Assembly (NCBI GenBank): GCA_964035545.1 | Contig: OZ037766.1 | Location: forward strand, 3,772,722-3,836,721 | Source of the DNA: Bugula neritina | Lineage: Eukaryota > Animalia > Bryozoa | Direction: 5' to 3' | DNA length: 64,000 nt | Shown here: in pieces, positions 1-54,323 of the stretch | Layout: each line of letters begins with the position of its first letter | How positions within the stretch are numbered: the stretch's first letter is position 1 | Position numbers and translations under genes: made by a program | The notes under the pieces: model-generated | Seen by the model: only the letters and a program-made list of their open reading frames with translations | What the model was told of the DNA's origin: nothing | Database searches by the model: none

Positions 1-203
1 GAGAGGAAGGAGAGAGAGGGAGAGGGAGAGGGGGGAGGGTAGAGGGAGAGAGAGAGGGAGGGAGGGGAGAGAGAAAGAGGGAGAGGGGAGAGAGAGGAAG
101 GAGGGAGAGAGAGAGGGAGAGGGGGGAGGGTAGAGGGAGAGAGAGGGGGAGGGTAGAGGGAGAGAGAGGGGGAGGGTAGAGGGAGTGAGGGAGGTGAGAA
201 GAG
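1..203. repeat. Purine-only (GA/GGA)-rich low-complexity tract, probably intronic
   Basis: Almost only G and A, with recurring gggagagagagg and ggagggtagaggg units. Confidence 0.95.
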
Positions 204-401
204 ACTTCAAGCTGTTTTAATATAAATTGTGTCTAAAACTATTTTGTTTTTAGCAAAATCCTATGTTATTGTGGTTCATAGTGTAAGCTGCATGTGACTG
301 GGTTGAGCTAGAAGTGTGTACTGTTGTGTTATGTCGTTATGATGTTTTACATTTTATAAATGTTTGTGTTTGCTTTCAGTCTTGTCTGCTGCTTTTTTCA
401 G

Positions 402-2281
402 GCATTTTCAGTGGTTGTCGAGTCGATGATTCTTGGATCTCGGGATGAGGATTTCTTCACCTCTTCAGATTTTAGAGAGAATGACGGTATAGCGACTGCT
501 TTTAGAAAAGTTTTTGATCCTCTCCTCCTTTTGGAGAAAGACGTGAGAAGTCAAGCTTGGTCCAAGCAATTTGCTGTGAGTGAGTCGTCCTCTACTGACA
601 AGCTCTTAGCATTCTCTTGTTCCAGATTCATGTCTAAGAGTAGATTTCACAAGCTTACTGATCGACAAGGTTTACTTAAGAGTAATTTTAGTGCTGTCCA
701 AAAGTTTATGTCTATTACTTGATAAACATTGTTGTTGTTATTTAGATAATAATTGTTTACTTTACAACTGCCAAAAGAGATTGTAGGTATATAAATCTTT
801 TTGTAACTGCCGAATACAGATTTAAAATGTGTTGTTTTTTTAACGAAGACGGCACTGGAGTACCCAGAAATATCGTCCTGGAATAAAGGCAATTCCGGTT
901 GGCAAATCTGCGAAGCGTGTAACAGATCTCAGCGTTACGCCTCACAGGAAGTCAGTCTGACTGGGCGTCAATATGATAGACATTCTCTGAAAGTAAGTAA
1001 ATTGTGGGGAAGGAAATGGGCAGAATCTCTGGGATTTGGAGTTGTCTGCCAATACTAATCAATGCCGAAGTAGTTTCTGCTTCAGCAAACAACCAATTTT
1101 TGTCTGGGGTTTAGAGTTAAACATTAAGTGAAAAAGTCTGATGTTTTGTGGCTAGAAACTGATTTATTGCCATGGTTACCATTCCATCATATTTAAGTTA
1201 TTGTTTTTAATGTTGGACAAAACGTACTGCTTACATGCATATGTGGTTAGTGGTGGTTTTCATTGCTTCTGATGCAATGTAGCAATGTCATCATTTCAAA
1301 CAGCGACAATCACCCAATGATCCTTGAACACAGTATAGTGTAAATGTTGGTCATCAATCCATGCAAATCGTTAATATCTAGTTTTTATAATTTATGGAGC
1401 AACATATTTTTTCATATTTATGTAGAAGTTAGTGATTGATGTTAAAACTGTTTTTAATGTTTTAGCCTTTGGCCCAACTTGATGAAGATGGAAGTGAAAG
1501 TTCCGACTCGGGTCCTAGGACTATGCACACATTCCATATTGGTGTTCATTGCGCGGAGAGATGCAGCATCTATCATGATATCCGTCACTTCAAGTACTTC
1601 CTCCTTCAAAGATGTAGGCAACAGGTATGTACTTCAGTGGATTAGCTCAGTGTACATTACTCTAAATTCAGTGTACCTATTTGATCAGGGCTCAAAACCT
1701 CATATCCTACTAATTACCAAGGGGTATCTCAAATTCTAGACGAACAAATATTGTTTTTACTTATTCACATAAGTATAGATTTTCTTAAATTTGAAAAAAA
1801 CCTTGCTTTTAAATTCAAAATCTTTTTCTGGTTTTGAGGTAGCTTGGTAATTTGAAACTAGTTGCAGTTTCGCATTTTATCTCTAAACTTTGTCTGAGGT
1901 TCAAGTTTGGTGGACACAAGTTTAAATGAAACGAAACTGCAGTGCTCGCTGCTGTACTCAATGCACACTAACATGAGGTGAGAAATATACAGTAAAATTC
2001 TTCTAGGGAAAGTGGTTCACCTTACTTCTCCCAATCAGAGCGCTATGAAACATCTAAACCGCCTAAAGTTACGTTGCGGTTAGTCATTTATCAATCTAGT
2101 ACTGGTTGTGTTCTAGGTACAGAACTCGAAGCTGTGCGGGGAGACAACTGAAACCATTGTTAACAGGTTGATAAAAGAGGATACAGACTTTCTGGACATG
2201 GAGTATAAGACTTACAACATAATCATGAAAACAGGAAGAAAGCTTGTTGCTAAGCGATTGGGCAATAGCCTAATAGAATAA
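402..2281 (+). CDS. CCDC82: 3' exons of a CCDC82-like (DUF4211 domain) gene; 5' end lies upstream of the window
   Basis: Four phase-0 GT-AG exons (402-575, 849-992, 1466-1624, 2117-2281) join without stops: ...QAWSKQFA|TALEYPEI...CEACNRSQRYASQEVSLTGRQYDRHSLK|PL...TFHIGVHCAERCSIYHDIRHFKYFLLQRC...*. The CxAC...LxGxxYD...FxxGxxCAxR...YHxxxHFK pattern matches the CCDC82/DUF4211 C-terminus as I recall it. Confidence 0.72.
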
Positions 2282-3192
2282 TTTATTTTCTTTAATTTTG
2301 AAGGTAGGGTAATTTACGCACCGTCTGTGTTTTTATGTTCTAAGTTTTATGTCTATGTGTCGATAGCCCTAAATGGGCTGTAACTTGGGAATTAAAGTCA
2401 AAGCTGCCCTTATTAATTAATAACAAAATTGATGTTTTTATTGTTTCTCTTTTCTAGGTTTTCTCCTCTTTGATGTTCCACAAATGTCAACATTTGTTAT
2501 ATGTTTTGCATAAGTCTTCTAACCTTTAAAACAAAACTTCTGGTATCCACCGAATAAGTATTACTAGAAACATAACAGATGACAGTAACACATTTTTGAC
2601 CAAATATTTTAATTGTATATAAGATAACTTTTATTACCCTATTAATTTAATTCTATGTTCATTATCTTTTACTTTTAAATTAAAATATCTTTTTTATATT
2701 TCGTTGTTATTCTATGATGAAGTATTAACTAAAAGTAGACTGCGCACACTAACCATAACCATTTGTAAAATCTTAGGTACACAAAGTGTTCCCATTTGCG
2801 AATGGATTTTTCATTCGATGTTTAGGAACAGGTCACTCGAATGAAACCCCAATCATAAGTTAATGCAACCAGCAACCACAAATTCATCTGTAGGAACTAG
2901 GAGCATCCATATGGTTCTATTCGAAGCAATGGGAACACAGTGGTAGAATATTTGAGTTATGTTTGTATGAAAATATTTTTGGAACAATATTGATCATTGA
3001 TCAATATTTTGTTCTCACCTACAAACTATTGTTTTATGTTATTGATAACTTGAGTACATCTATTGATTCTGAACAAAAAACTTTCTCGAATACCATCTTA
3101 GGCCATATTGAGGTTACACCTTGACAGCTAACATTCAGTCAAACAAACATCTTGGAAGGCCAAGACTAGTTAGAATATAAAATATAGTTGTT

Positions 3193-3264
3193 TATAAATA
3201 CTATCATTGTGTAGTATGAACCAGTGAGTTTATTGAAGTCTTAGACTAGGCATTTTGATTAAAG
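3193..3264 (+). promoter_or_regulatory. Putative TATA box and short non-coding exon 1 of the giant mosaic gene
   Basis: TATAAAT at 3193-3199, consensus donor AAG|GTAAGT at 3264/3265, acceptor ttgcag| at 3697 four nt before the ATG at 3702. Confidence 0.5.
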
Positions 3265-3701
3265 GTAAGTTTTTATCAGCACATTCATCTTAACTACTAA
3301 AATTGAGGTAGATGCAGTAACGGAAAAATTGAAAAAAGCCTGTGTTCTAGGTCAAAAATATTGCAAAGGAAGTTATGTTCTCGCAATAGTTTCAACCTGC
3401 TTCCCAAACTAAAATTAAAGAACTTATGGCTATCTCAATTTCTTCACTACTGCTCCCTGACTACTAAAATCAGACTGTTTGCTGAGCTGCACTATTGAAT
3501 ATTGTTTTGAGGGTTGAGATGCAAGGCTTGCCAGTTACTGACTCATTTAATATTTTCATATGTCTCCCTACTTGTGTTTTACCTGAAAAACTATTTTTTA
3601 AATTGACCAGCAAATATTTACTTGCCTTGTTGTAATTAACCCTAATTGTTGAAGATGTCAGGTTATTTTATTTACCAGTTTATTTTTGTGATTGCAGGAT
3701 T

Positions 3702-45511
<41,810 letters not shown>

Positions 45512-46499
45512 GTAGGCATACATTCCTTTTGTTTATTCAGTAATAATCAGTTGATATTCGCATCTAATTGTGTTTATGGTACATTCTTTACGTATTGTAT
45601 TTGAGTTTAAATTAAATTTGCTGTTTTCAAATTCAGGAAACATGTCAATTTCTCTCATCTCATCTTCATCAATTCCTCGAGCTTTAATTTCACATCTGTT
45701 TGGCTCTTGCCTGATCGTCTTTCATGTGAAAGCGTATGAAGTCATGTGGTATGAGTTGGTTTGTGTGGTGATCTGTGTTCTTTTAAAAGTAAGACGTTCA
45801 CACAGTCTGTAAGTGAGATTTTGTGCCTGTCATGGTTGTCATAATTACGGCATGTTTGTGTATCGTGAATGATACTAACATGTACACTTCTGATGATGGA
45901 AGCCGTGCATACACATTCAAGAAGTGATGTCAGCAGCTGGACATTCACTACTTTTAGATTCTGGTAATACCGAGACATTAGAAAATTGTCTCGTTTGTGA
46001 TATATGACAATTTTCTGCCTAATTATATGATATAATGTTATTTGTCACAAGTAAAAAATATTTAAATGATGTCATATTTCTAAATGAAACCTAATAAATT
46101 GTACATCGCTATTTACAATTCATTGACAGTTTTATTAGAAAATATAATTTTTTCTGTTACTATAAAAAAATATTGCTGATCTGCTAGAAGAATTGTAAAT
46201 GTGTTTTAAATTTCACATTTTACACCCCAAAATGACCAGAAATTATATCAATGTTCACACATGTATTGTTTCTGTACATTCAAATAGTTAGTCTGTTATA
46301 TTATCATTGTCAATGTCCATTTTTACAATACATAAACATGACATTATGCAATGACGTAATGTCGTGCCTTACGCTTGGCATAATGCTCTCTTCCAGTAAC
46401 TAACTGCAGTAACTTGCATGAAACAGGATATGGTAAACAGTGTTATAGGTTAGTATGACGGTAAGTATGTATCAAGATTAAAGGAAATAAACTGAGGAA

Positions 46500-48848
46500 A
46501 TGCTATCAGTAGCTGGTCAAATAATTTCTTGGCTTAAAAAGAAGGTGGAGACAACAACTGCTCATTACTTGGGTAAGTTTATAAATTAGTAAAAATAAAT
46601 GAATATGAATATAATTATTATAAATATTATGATGACATTGTCATAACTCTAGATAGGCAATATTAATCGAGGTGAGCAAGTTTTTCAGCAAAGTAAATTT
46701 TTGCAAATCTAACTTCAATTTACTACTAATTAATACCTGGTTAAAGTAAAAACTGTAAAAGTATCAAATGCCTAGTAGTGATAAGAATAGTCGAAAAAAC
46801 AAGTATCTGTGAAGATCACCATAATATTTGGATCAACATTTTCTGTTTGTACAGCATTAGGTTGTGCCTTGTGTTGTCTATTTTGAAACTTCTGCTATTA
46901 AATTCATATAAGCTGCAATGCAGTAAATATCCACTTCCTTTTCTCCGACTTCCCAGGACTTAATCAGGACCTCCAGAATGCCGAGTTGGATTCCGATGTT
47001 ATTATCCGAGAGATAAACTATTTCTCTAAGAATCTCATGTTTAATAGCTCTCTTACAGCTGAGGAGAAAGAACTTTATATCTCAAAGATTGGTCACATGG
47101 CATACATGGGTAGGTGCTGAGTTCTGCATAAATTGCAATTCCCTGTTGATATTAAGTCTCCACAAATAAACTTTAAATTGGATATCATTCCTTGTTGAGA
47201 TGATCTCACATGGAGCTGATTGCATGAGCTAGTTACCTCAATTTCCATTCCTCCGGTTTTCCAAGTCGTATCTCAATAATGAACCTCTTTTAGTGTCAAT
47301 TTGAATTATCTGTTTTCCGAAATAAAGTTTGAATAAATACAAAAGCATTGCACACAGTTAATAGCCAGCATGGCTTGTATATAGTATAAGATTGGAGCTG
47401 GTAAAAAGAATCATTCTATAGGAAGTACTACTGATGACACATTGCAGGTGCTCCGGAAGTGAGTCGTACAGCAGGTACTTGTCTCAATGAGATGATGACT
47501 CTTCTGAAGAACAAACGAACGTCAGAAAGTTTAAAGGAGAGTCTTTTGATGGCCATCAGTGAGATATGCTACCTCAACAGGTAGGCTCCTTCATCATCTT
47601 TTTCTAGTACCCACCAAACATGTTATGTAATGTAATTCTGAAAAGTATTTCATGGTATTGTACTATACAGTTGCCAATAACACATTACAGCTCAAATAAT
47701 CCATGTGCGATCAGTGTTGAGTTCTGAATACTCTAAAACTCTATGATATATTATGTAAATTTTGTAACTTAGTTCTTAACCTTCAATCAGTTTTTGGTTT
47801 TGAATGGTATTTCACTTATTTCTTAGACAGACAACTCTTGTTTTAAGCAACAACTTTAACTAGCACCATTTACGCCATCTAATGAAGTCACATTTCTACT
47901 AGCTATGTGATACACAGCTTACATTTAGTGCAACTGTTTGATTGTAGAGACAACCAGAGTAAAGCAGTAATTGCATTTCCTACACTGGTTGATATAATGG
48001 GCTCAGAGAGAATACACATGTCCAGACTTGCCTGCTACTGCATCAGCTGTATTGTGTGTAACAACTTTGCTGCTATGCAAACTCTAAGAGGTACTGCAGT
48101 GTGTATTTGACATATCATAGCATACTTGGCAATAATAGTCTTATATTTAACATTTCTCCTTCATCTCTTATAAGAAATAGTTCTCATTAGAAAAATAATT
48201 AATATAAAAAAAATTTTTTTGTCTACGGTTCTATTTCCTGAAAAGAGATTAGAATAAGTTTACCTGCACTTGAATTCCTGATACAGAATTTAATTATAGA
48301 AAATAATTACTACAAGTACCGAATGATATTCCAATCTGCTCTGTAAGGAATACGATTACTGGTACTTGTCTGTTACCAAATTTTATTTGTCAATAAAAAA
48401 CATTGCCGCATCTTTTTTATTTAGATAATAAACATATTATATCTACAAAAGGAAATACATCTAAATGTGGTGTCTCTACTATCAATTTGATGAAAGTCTA
48501 TTCAAAGCCAACAATTTTTTTCCAATTCAATTTTTAGACCAGAGCATTTTATGCTCATAAATATCAACATATATAGATTCTAAGGTTTGCTTAGTGAATA
48601 TAGATATTATTGTCATCTTATTGGCTGAAAGTAATTGGTAGAGTTACTTGAAGTGATATTTCAATTGTTGTCAGTTTAATGCTTTATAGACTGAATGTAT
48701 TTTAGATGAACCAAACCTAAGGAAGAATTTGGCCAGTTGCCTTTCAGTGGAAGTGCCGTGGTTTGGTTGGTCAGAGAACTACGCTATTTTACTGGTAGAC
48801 ATACTTGGACTATCTGAAGACATCAGTGGACTTAAATTTAATAACTGA
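46500..48848 (+). CDS. ARMH2: Armadillo-like helical domain-containing protein 2-like, 214 aa
   Basis: Exons 46500-46572, 46957-47109, 47448-47580, 47948-48090, 48706-48848 join in frame. Motifs KIGHMAYMGAP, ICYLN, CYCISCIVCNN and WFGWSENYA match human ARMH2 as I recall it (KIGLLAFTGGP, CYLN, CNN, WSGWTENFA). AATAAA near 48902. Confidence 0.78.
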
Positions 48849-49916
48849 AAAAGCAGATTATTTATCAGACAGGGTTTGCACTCCAGAGCTTTGACTAATA
48901 CAATAAAAATGTGTGCTATATGATATATTGCATAATGCAATAGCAATTTGTGTTATATTTTATTGCGTTATACAGTGTAGTAGCAGTATATTTGTTAGAG
49001 TATGATGTATGCTTTACTATATAATAATTGTGTAATGCAATAGAAATGTGTGTCTATATAATTATGATATATATTATTATATATCTATCGTATGTACTTG
49101 CTAAACTATTGATGCAAAATATAAATTATTTAATTTTGTTTCTTCAATTCAGATAATAGGCTAATGTAATGTAATGTAATGTTGAATAAAACAATTTATT
49201 AGGCTTTAATACTCAACTCTTTTTACAATTTAATGAAATAAATATTTTATTGGTATTGAAACTGTAGTATTGTTCATATAAAGTAGGAAAACTGTAGCAT
49301 CGAACTGAAAGACATGGAACTGCAAATATTTGTAGTTGTTGTTTAAATTATAAATAGTTTTAGCTGTAATAAAAGCATAGTATGTTGTGTCACTTGTTTA
49401 AAGGCATGTATAAACACAATGTTTAAGCCATCTTCTCAAAACTATTTTCAATTATCATGTGAAGCTCTTTGTTTTTGCTGTTTGGTATTCTCAAAGCCCT
49501 TATGGTTTCCAGAGAATATCTTACAACATTTCGGTTGATTTTTATCTGTATTTACATACTTTCACATTTAAATACTTTCACACGCATGCAACTTCTTTAC
49601 AGACTTGATTATTTGCTGAAATACTTTATAATATTTCACTATTAGCAAACTGCAAAGACTGTAATTGGTTTTCAAACTAATGTTAGTTCCACCCCCCTCC
49701 CCCCACCATTTCTAGCCATATAACTATTAAATGACGTATATCAGCTTCTTTTTGTTTCCACGTCAACAAAAACATTTTGGCTTACTGATTAGTTTTTTAC
49801 AAATTTCCGTTTTATTAATTACTTGATTATGTAGTTACTTACAATTAGGAACTATTGTGGAAGTGTCTAAACAAATACAATGCTTGACCCACCTTTTGCA
49901 CTAGAGGTTATAGTAC

Positions 49917-50005
49917 TATAAAAGGACTTAAAAATTGTATTTATTTCAGTTTATTAAATTTTCAAGTTGAATAATAAACTCTTTTTGTTGTCTACTTTGA
50001 ACTGG
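49917..50005 (+). promoter_or_regulatory. TATA box and non-coding exon 1 of Gly/Tyr-rich gene A
   Basis: TATAAAAG at 49917, donor G|gtgagt at 50005, acceptor at 50559. Confidence 0.6.
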
Positions 50006-50571
50006 GTGAGTGGAATATATTGTACATGTCAAGTTTTGAAAATAAATATTATTCGCTTTTTATAAAGTGAATTCTTTTTGCTTAAAAAGTATATTTTGGT
50101 AACTATAATATAACATTTACAAAGGGAAAACATTTGTAATTATTGTAATATATTAGTTTTATTTTTCACAACATGAATACATAATTGTGATATAATGCTA
50201 AATAGCTTGCAATGTAATGTATATGCCATAGTTGTTTAAGATTTACAGAAAAACAATATTTTTTCACATCAAATAGTTTACTTTAGTATAATTTATCAAA
50301 CTTTTAGCTCTATAATGTAAATCATATATTTAAAAATTCAATAAAGATTAAAATCAAATAACTTTTTAGAAATTTGATTGAACAAAACATTTTTATTCTA
50401 ATTTCGTTGCATCTGATTAAAAACTTTATTTTCCATTTTGTATGTTTTTATAATATAGCTGATGCTCTGTTCATCGTAAGTTTTTATAAACATTTCGACA
50501 TATAAACACATGTTGACACATATCTGATGTATGTTATATATAACTGTCACCTTACACAGGTTCCTGTAACT

Positions 50572-51208
50572 ATGAAACTGATAGCACTCTTTGCACTGCT
50601 CTGTGTGGCCTACGTCAGCTGTCAGTATGGTAAAAGAGGACATGCTGGTCGCTATGGAAACAAATTAGCAGGTGGGTACAGGAACAGGGGAGGATACGGC
50701 AGACTTGGACTGGGAAACAGCTATCTTTTAAATGGTTATGGGAGCGTAGGGCTGTACGCCCCTAGAGCCAATCATGTTGTATCACCGTACTCCTCGTACT
50801 ATCGGCCTTCAATACTTGGGAATAGAAGACCCTTCAGACTTCTTTCAGGTACAAGTTACAAGCTATATTAAATAGTTATCTTGAACTTTAAACTTGTAAA
50901 ATTATTAATATTGCAGATACAAATCTATAATATATGCATGGCTTTATATTGGATGTTGTTTGCTTTGCATGTTATTATCTAAAACAATTACTGTTATAAG
51001 GATTCTAGAAGTTGGAGGCTCGATTTTATCAAACTCACTAACTTGGTAGTTCAGTTCAGACCAAACTTTCAAGAAATGGGCTGACTCATGCCTTTGCCAA
51101 CAGTCTTATGAAACTTGAATCTACTTTGCCAGTAAAAGCATTACAGTTGAATAAGTTAACTAATTTAACATTTTCTATTATACCCCAGGTCTCTACCGAC
51201 CCTACTGA
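50572..51208 (+). CDS. Secreted basic Gly/Tyr/Arg-rich (shematrin-like) protein A, 98 aa
   Basis: Signal peptide MKLIALFALLCVAYVSC; exons 50572-50848 and 51189-51208 ending GLYRPY*; AATAAA near 51405. Confidence 0.8.
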
Positions 51209-52372
51209 AAAGGAATGGAAAATTGGACCTCTTTTTGAAACCTAGATGTGAAATGAGGAACTGTATACAATGCAGAGTCAACAGAGTAGATATGCAAAAA
51301 AATTTTGTTTTTTGTTGTTTCAATGCATTTTTTTTTTGTTTTCAGTAGGTCAAATTTTAAGACCTTGAACAAAATTTAATATTTACCTGTGTTCTACTAT
51401 TCAAAATAAAGCAATTTGGCAAAACTAAAAAATAGCATGCTTCGATTTTATTTTAATAAGAAGAAAACAAGAAATCATATCACAACTATTTGCAAAAAAT
51501 TATATTTGATTCCTACAGGACAGTTTTTTAAAAATGAATTGATGCTTACTAGGTGTGTCATTCAACAAAGATAAACAATCTAATCACACTAAATTACCTT
51601 TAAAAATGACAAATAAAAAGCATATCTGCATAATTATATAATATATTCAGCTCCTACCCCATCAAACTGTACTTCTATTAACTATAATTATTGTTTATAA
51701 AGCGTTTTCACTAAAATTTGTTACTTGTTTTATCCAGTGCAACTATATTAAAATATCAATATTTAAAATGTAGATTCTTAATTATTAACCCGTCAAAAAC
51801 CACAATTTATTCTTATAAATTATGATGAATATTTCATTATTTGAACAATTTTATAAAAAATAACAAACGAAATATTGCAGTTCAAAAATAAACTTTTATT
51901 TATTTGGCAATGAATAATCTCACTTTAGGCTTTGCAAAAAGGTTACAGCAAGCCCAATGTATGTTTTGCAAATAAATAAGTTTATTAGATTAGACTATCA
52001 TAAATAGTATTGCACTAAGAATACTGCAGTTTCAATGCATTAAGATAAAGAAATTCTAAACATTGGACTGAATTTATTTTTCACTTGTAAGAATAATATA
52101 ATACCAACTCTTACAATTTCCTTTTGACTACTTGCAAAATATTTATTGATGCATATGAATTGATTATCAAAGAGCTTGATGATGCAAAAGGAAACTTCCA
52201 AATAGGATATTTCTAATAAACATTTAATTATATGACTAACAGCTCAATTGAAGCCTGTGTAGCTGCAATAATATGTCTTATTCCAATAAATTACTTATAG
52301 CAGCTGCATATAAATGATACTGGTCATTATTTAGTTCAACAAAACACAAGGCTAAATATGAGTTAATAATTC

Positions 52373-52378
<6 letters not shown>

Positions 52379-52456
<78 letters not shown>
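52379..52456. repeat. (AT)n microsatellite
   Basis: Seen directly. Confidence 0.97.
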
Positions 52457-52459
<3 letters not shown>

Positions 52460-52933
52460 CCAAGCATACATCCATCTAACATTGTTTTTCTCAAACAAGG
52501 TGTTTTTAAATATCTTTGCCTATCAACTTGTATAAAATTCTATTCCTATCATGTAACATGTAGTCACAACCATTACAGTTTTTTAGTTTAATTCGTGTTA
52601 ACATGTGTGGATGTTGATACCATATATTGATTTGGTATATACTTCTCCATTAAACAAGTTTATGCAATATAGGTTAACACACTAAATATAGTTGCTATAT
52701 AACTTTTATTTATTCAGAAGTTGAATAGTGAATAAAAAGAGTTAACAGGAAAGCATGGGAAAAATTATTATTAAGAATTTAAAGGAAACAATGTCAACTT
52801 ATTGGCAAAAACAGTAACATAATATTTGGTAACATAATGGTATTATGCCAGGTGAGGGTATATCTGCTCATTCGCAAGTAAACACATCCTTATACGTTCA
52901 GGTCAAATTAGCTTGGAGTTTTCCATTCTCAGT

Positions 52934-53600
52934 CTAATATAAGCCTATAAAACAAGAGAAAAATATATCAGATTTCCACATTTTCTCATTTTAGATAATA
53001 CAGTGTAGATCATAGCTTTAACAAAGGTACATTTAAGTTGCATAACCTCTACACACCCATTAGTCCATTTCCAAGGCCAAGTTGGTTGACCAAGTTTATT
53101 CCACCTCCAAGTTTCATACCATAGCCCATTCCCAATTTGCCACCCAGTCCACCGAGTCCACCAAGTCCACCCAGTCCACCGAGTCCACCCATTCCACCCA
53201 GTCCAGCAAGTTCTCCCAGTGCTCCACCATAAGGCATGCCCAGTCCACCAAGTCCACCGAGTCCACCCAATGCTCCACCTAGTCCTCCCAATGGCATACC
53301 AAGGCCTAGACCACTGCCAAACTTGCTCATGCCATAACCTCCCATTGGTAAAGCCAGCCCTCCCAGGCCACTGCTGGTGCTGCTATGAGAGCTTTTAACA
53401 GTTGACTTGACAGAGTTTCCCAATGGCAAGGCTGGTCCATGTAAAACATGGCCTTGGATGGGTTTCCCTGCCAGTTTATTCCTATACTTGTTTCCTGTTG
53501 GAATTCCCTTGGAATACCTGTTTCTAGCTGCCAACCCATCAACTTGAGACCAGAACAAAGCAGCGCATAAAGTAAGAAAGACCAAGCTTTTAATTCCCAT
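52934..53600 (-). CDS. Secreted Gly/Leu/Met-rich (GGL-repeat, shematrin-like) protein B, ~184 aa
   Basis: Signal peptide MGIKSLVFLTLCAALFWSQVDG and GGL repeats; exons 53600-53057 and 52944-52934 ending GLY*. Unspliced read-through would stop at 53049. Confidence 0.82.
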
Positions 53601-54262
53601 TTTGCGTGAAATTCTTAAATCTAAATAATATAAAAACAGAGAAGTTTTAACATAACAGCAATTCACACACGGTAGTATAAAAATTATGGTAAAGCAATAC
53701 ATAAAATGTGTGTACACACATTTATAATAAACTACTATAAGCTTTCATTGCTAAAAGATGCTTTACACTAATAATATTTATTTAATTCTTTTGTTTCGAA
53801 TTCTTAGAAATTTCCAATGATGAAGGGAATTCATCTGTCTATTATATAAACTTTGTTTGGTCTCCATGCAATTATAATAGAACTTAAATAATATAGCTCA
53901 AATAGCTAACAATTATATCGTTCAGCTTTTTATTCTTATAATATGTAATTCAAGTAGGCAAGTTAATTTCAAAGCAATAATAACAGTAAATAATTAAATA
54001 AATAAATAGGGGATTGAAAAGTCTCAGTGTTTTATAATTTATTGGTATTTAAAGAGTGTTATATATAGTACTTTTATAAAAGTTGCATAATGCAACCAGG
54101 AATCTTAAAAGATTGAAAAACCACCAGCTATAAAATTTTATGACTGCCTAATTTCATTTAAATCTTAAGTTTGAAACAGTCAAAGAAGAAATAACTTTGT
54201 AAAATTTCAACAGTTTTCTGGTGTAGCTCAAGTTTTATTAGGAAATGGTTAGCTTGTCTTAC

Positions 54263-54323
54263 CTGCCACTGGTGCCTGCTTGAGGTGAACTGAACAAAGT
54301 TACCCCTAAGCTAGCTTTATATA
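54263..54323 (-). promoter_or_regulatory. TATA box and non-coding exon 1 of gene B
   Basis: TATATAAA on the minus strand at 54323-54316, donor CAG|GTAAG at 54263/54262, acceptor at 53621. Confidence 0.6.

Noticed and set aside
2986-3008. Palindrome aatattgatca-t-tgatcaatatt upstream of the giant gene
   Set aside because: Short and AT-rich; no supporting evidence for function.
53082-53542. ORFs with STES/STQS repeats and MMGWQ...
   Set aside because: Antisense or alternative-frame shadows of the Gly-rich gene B.
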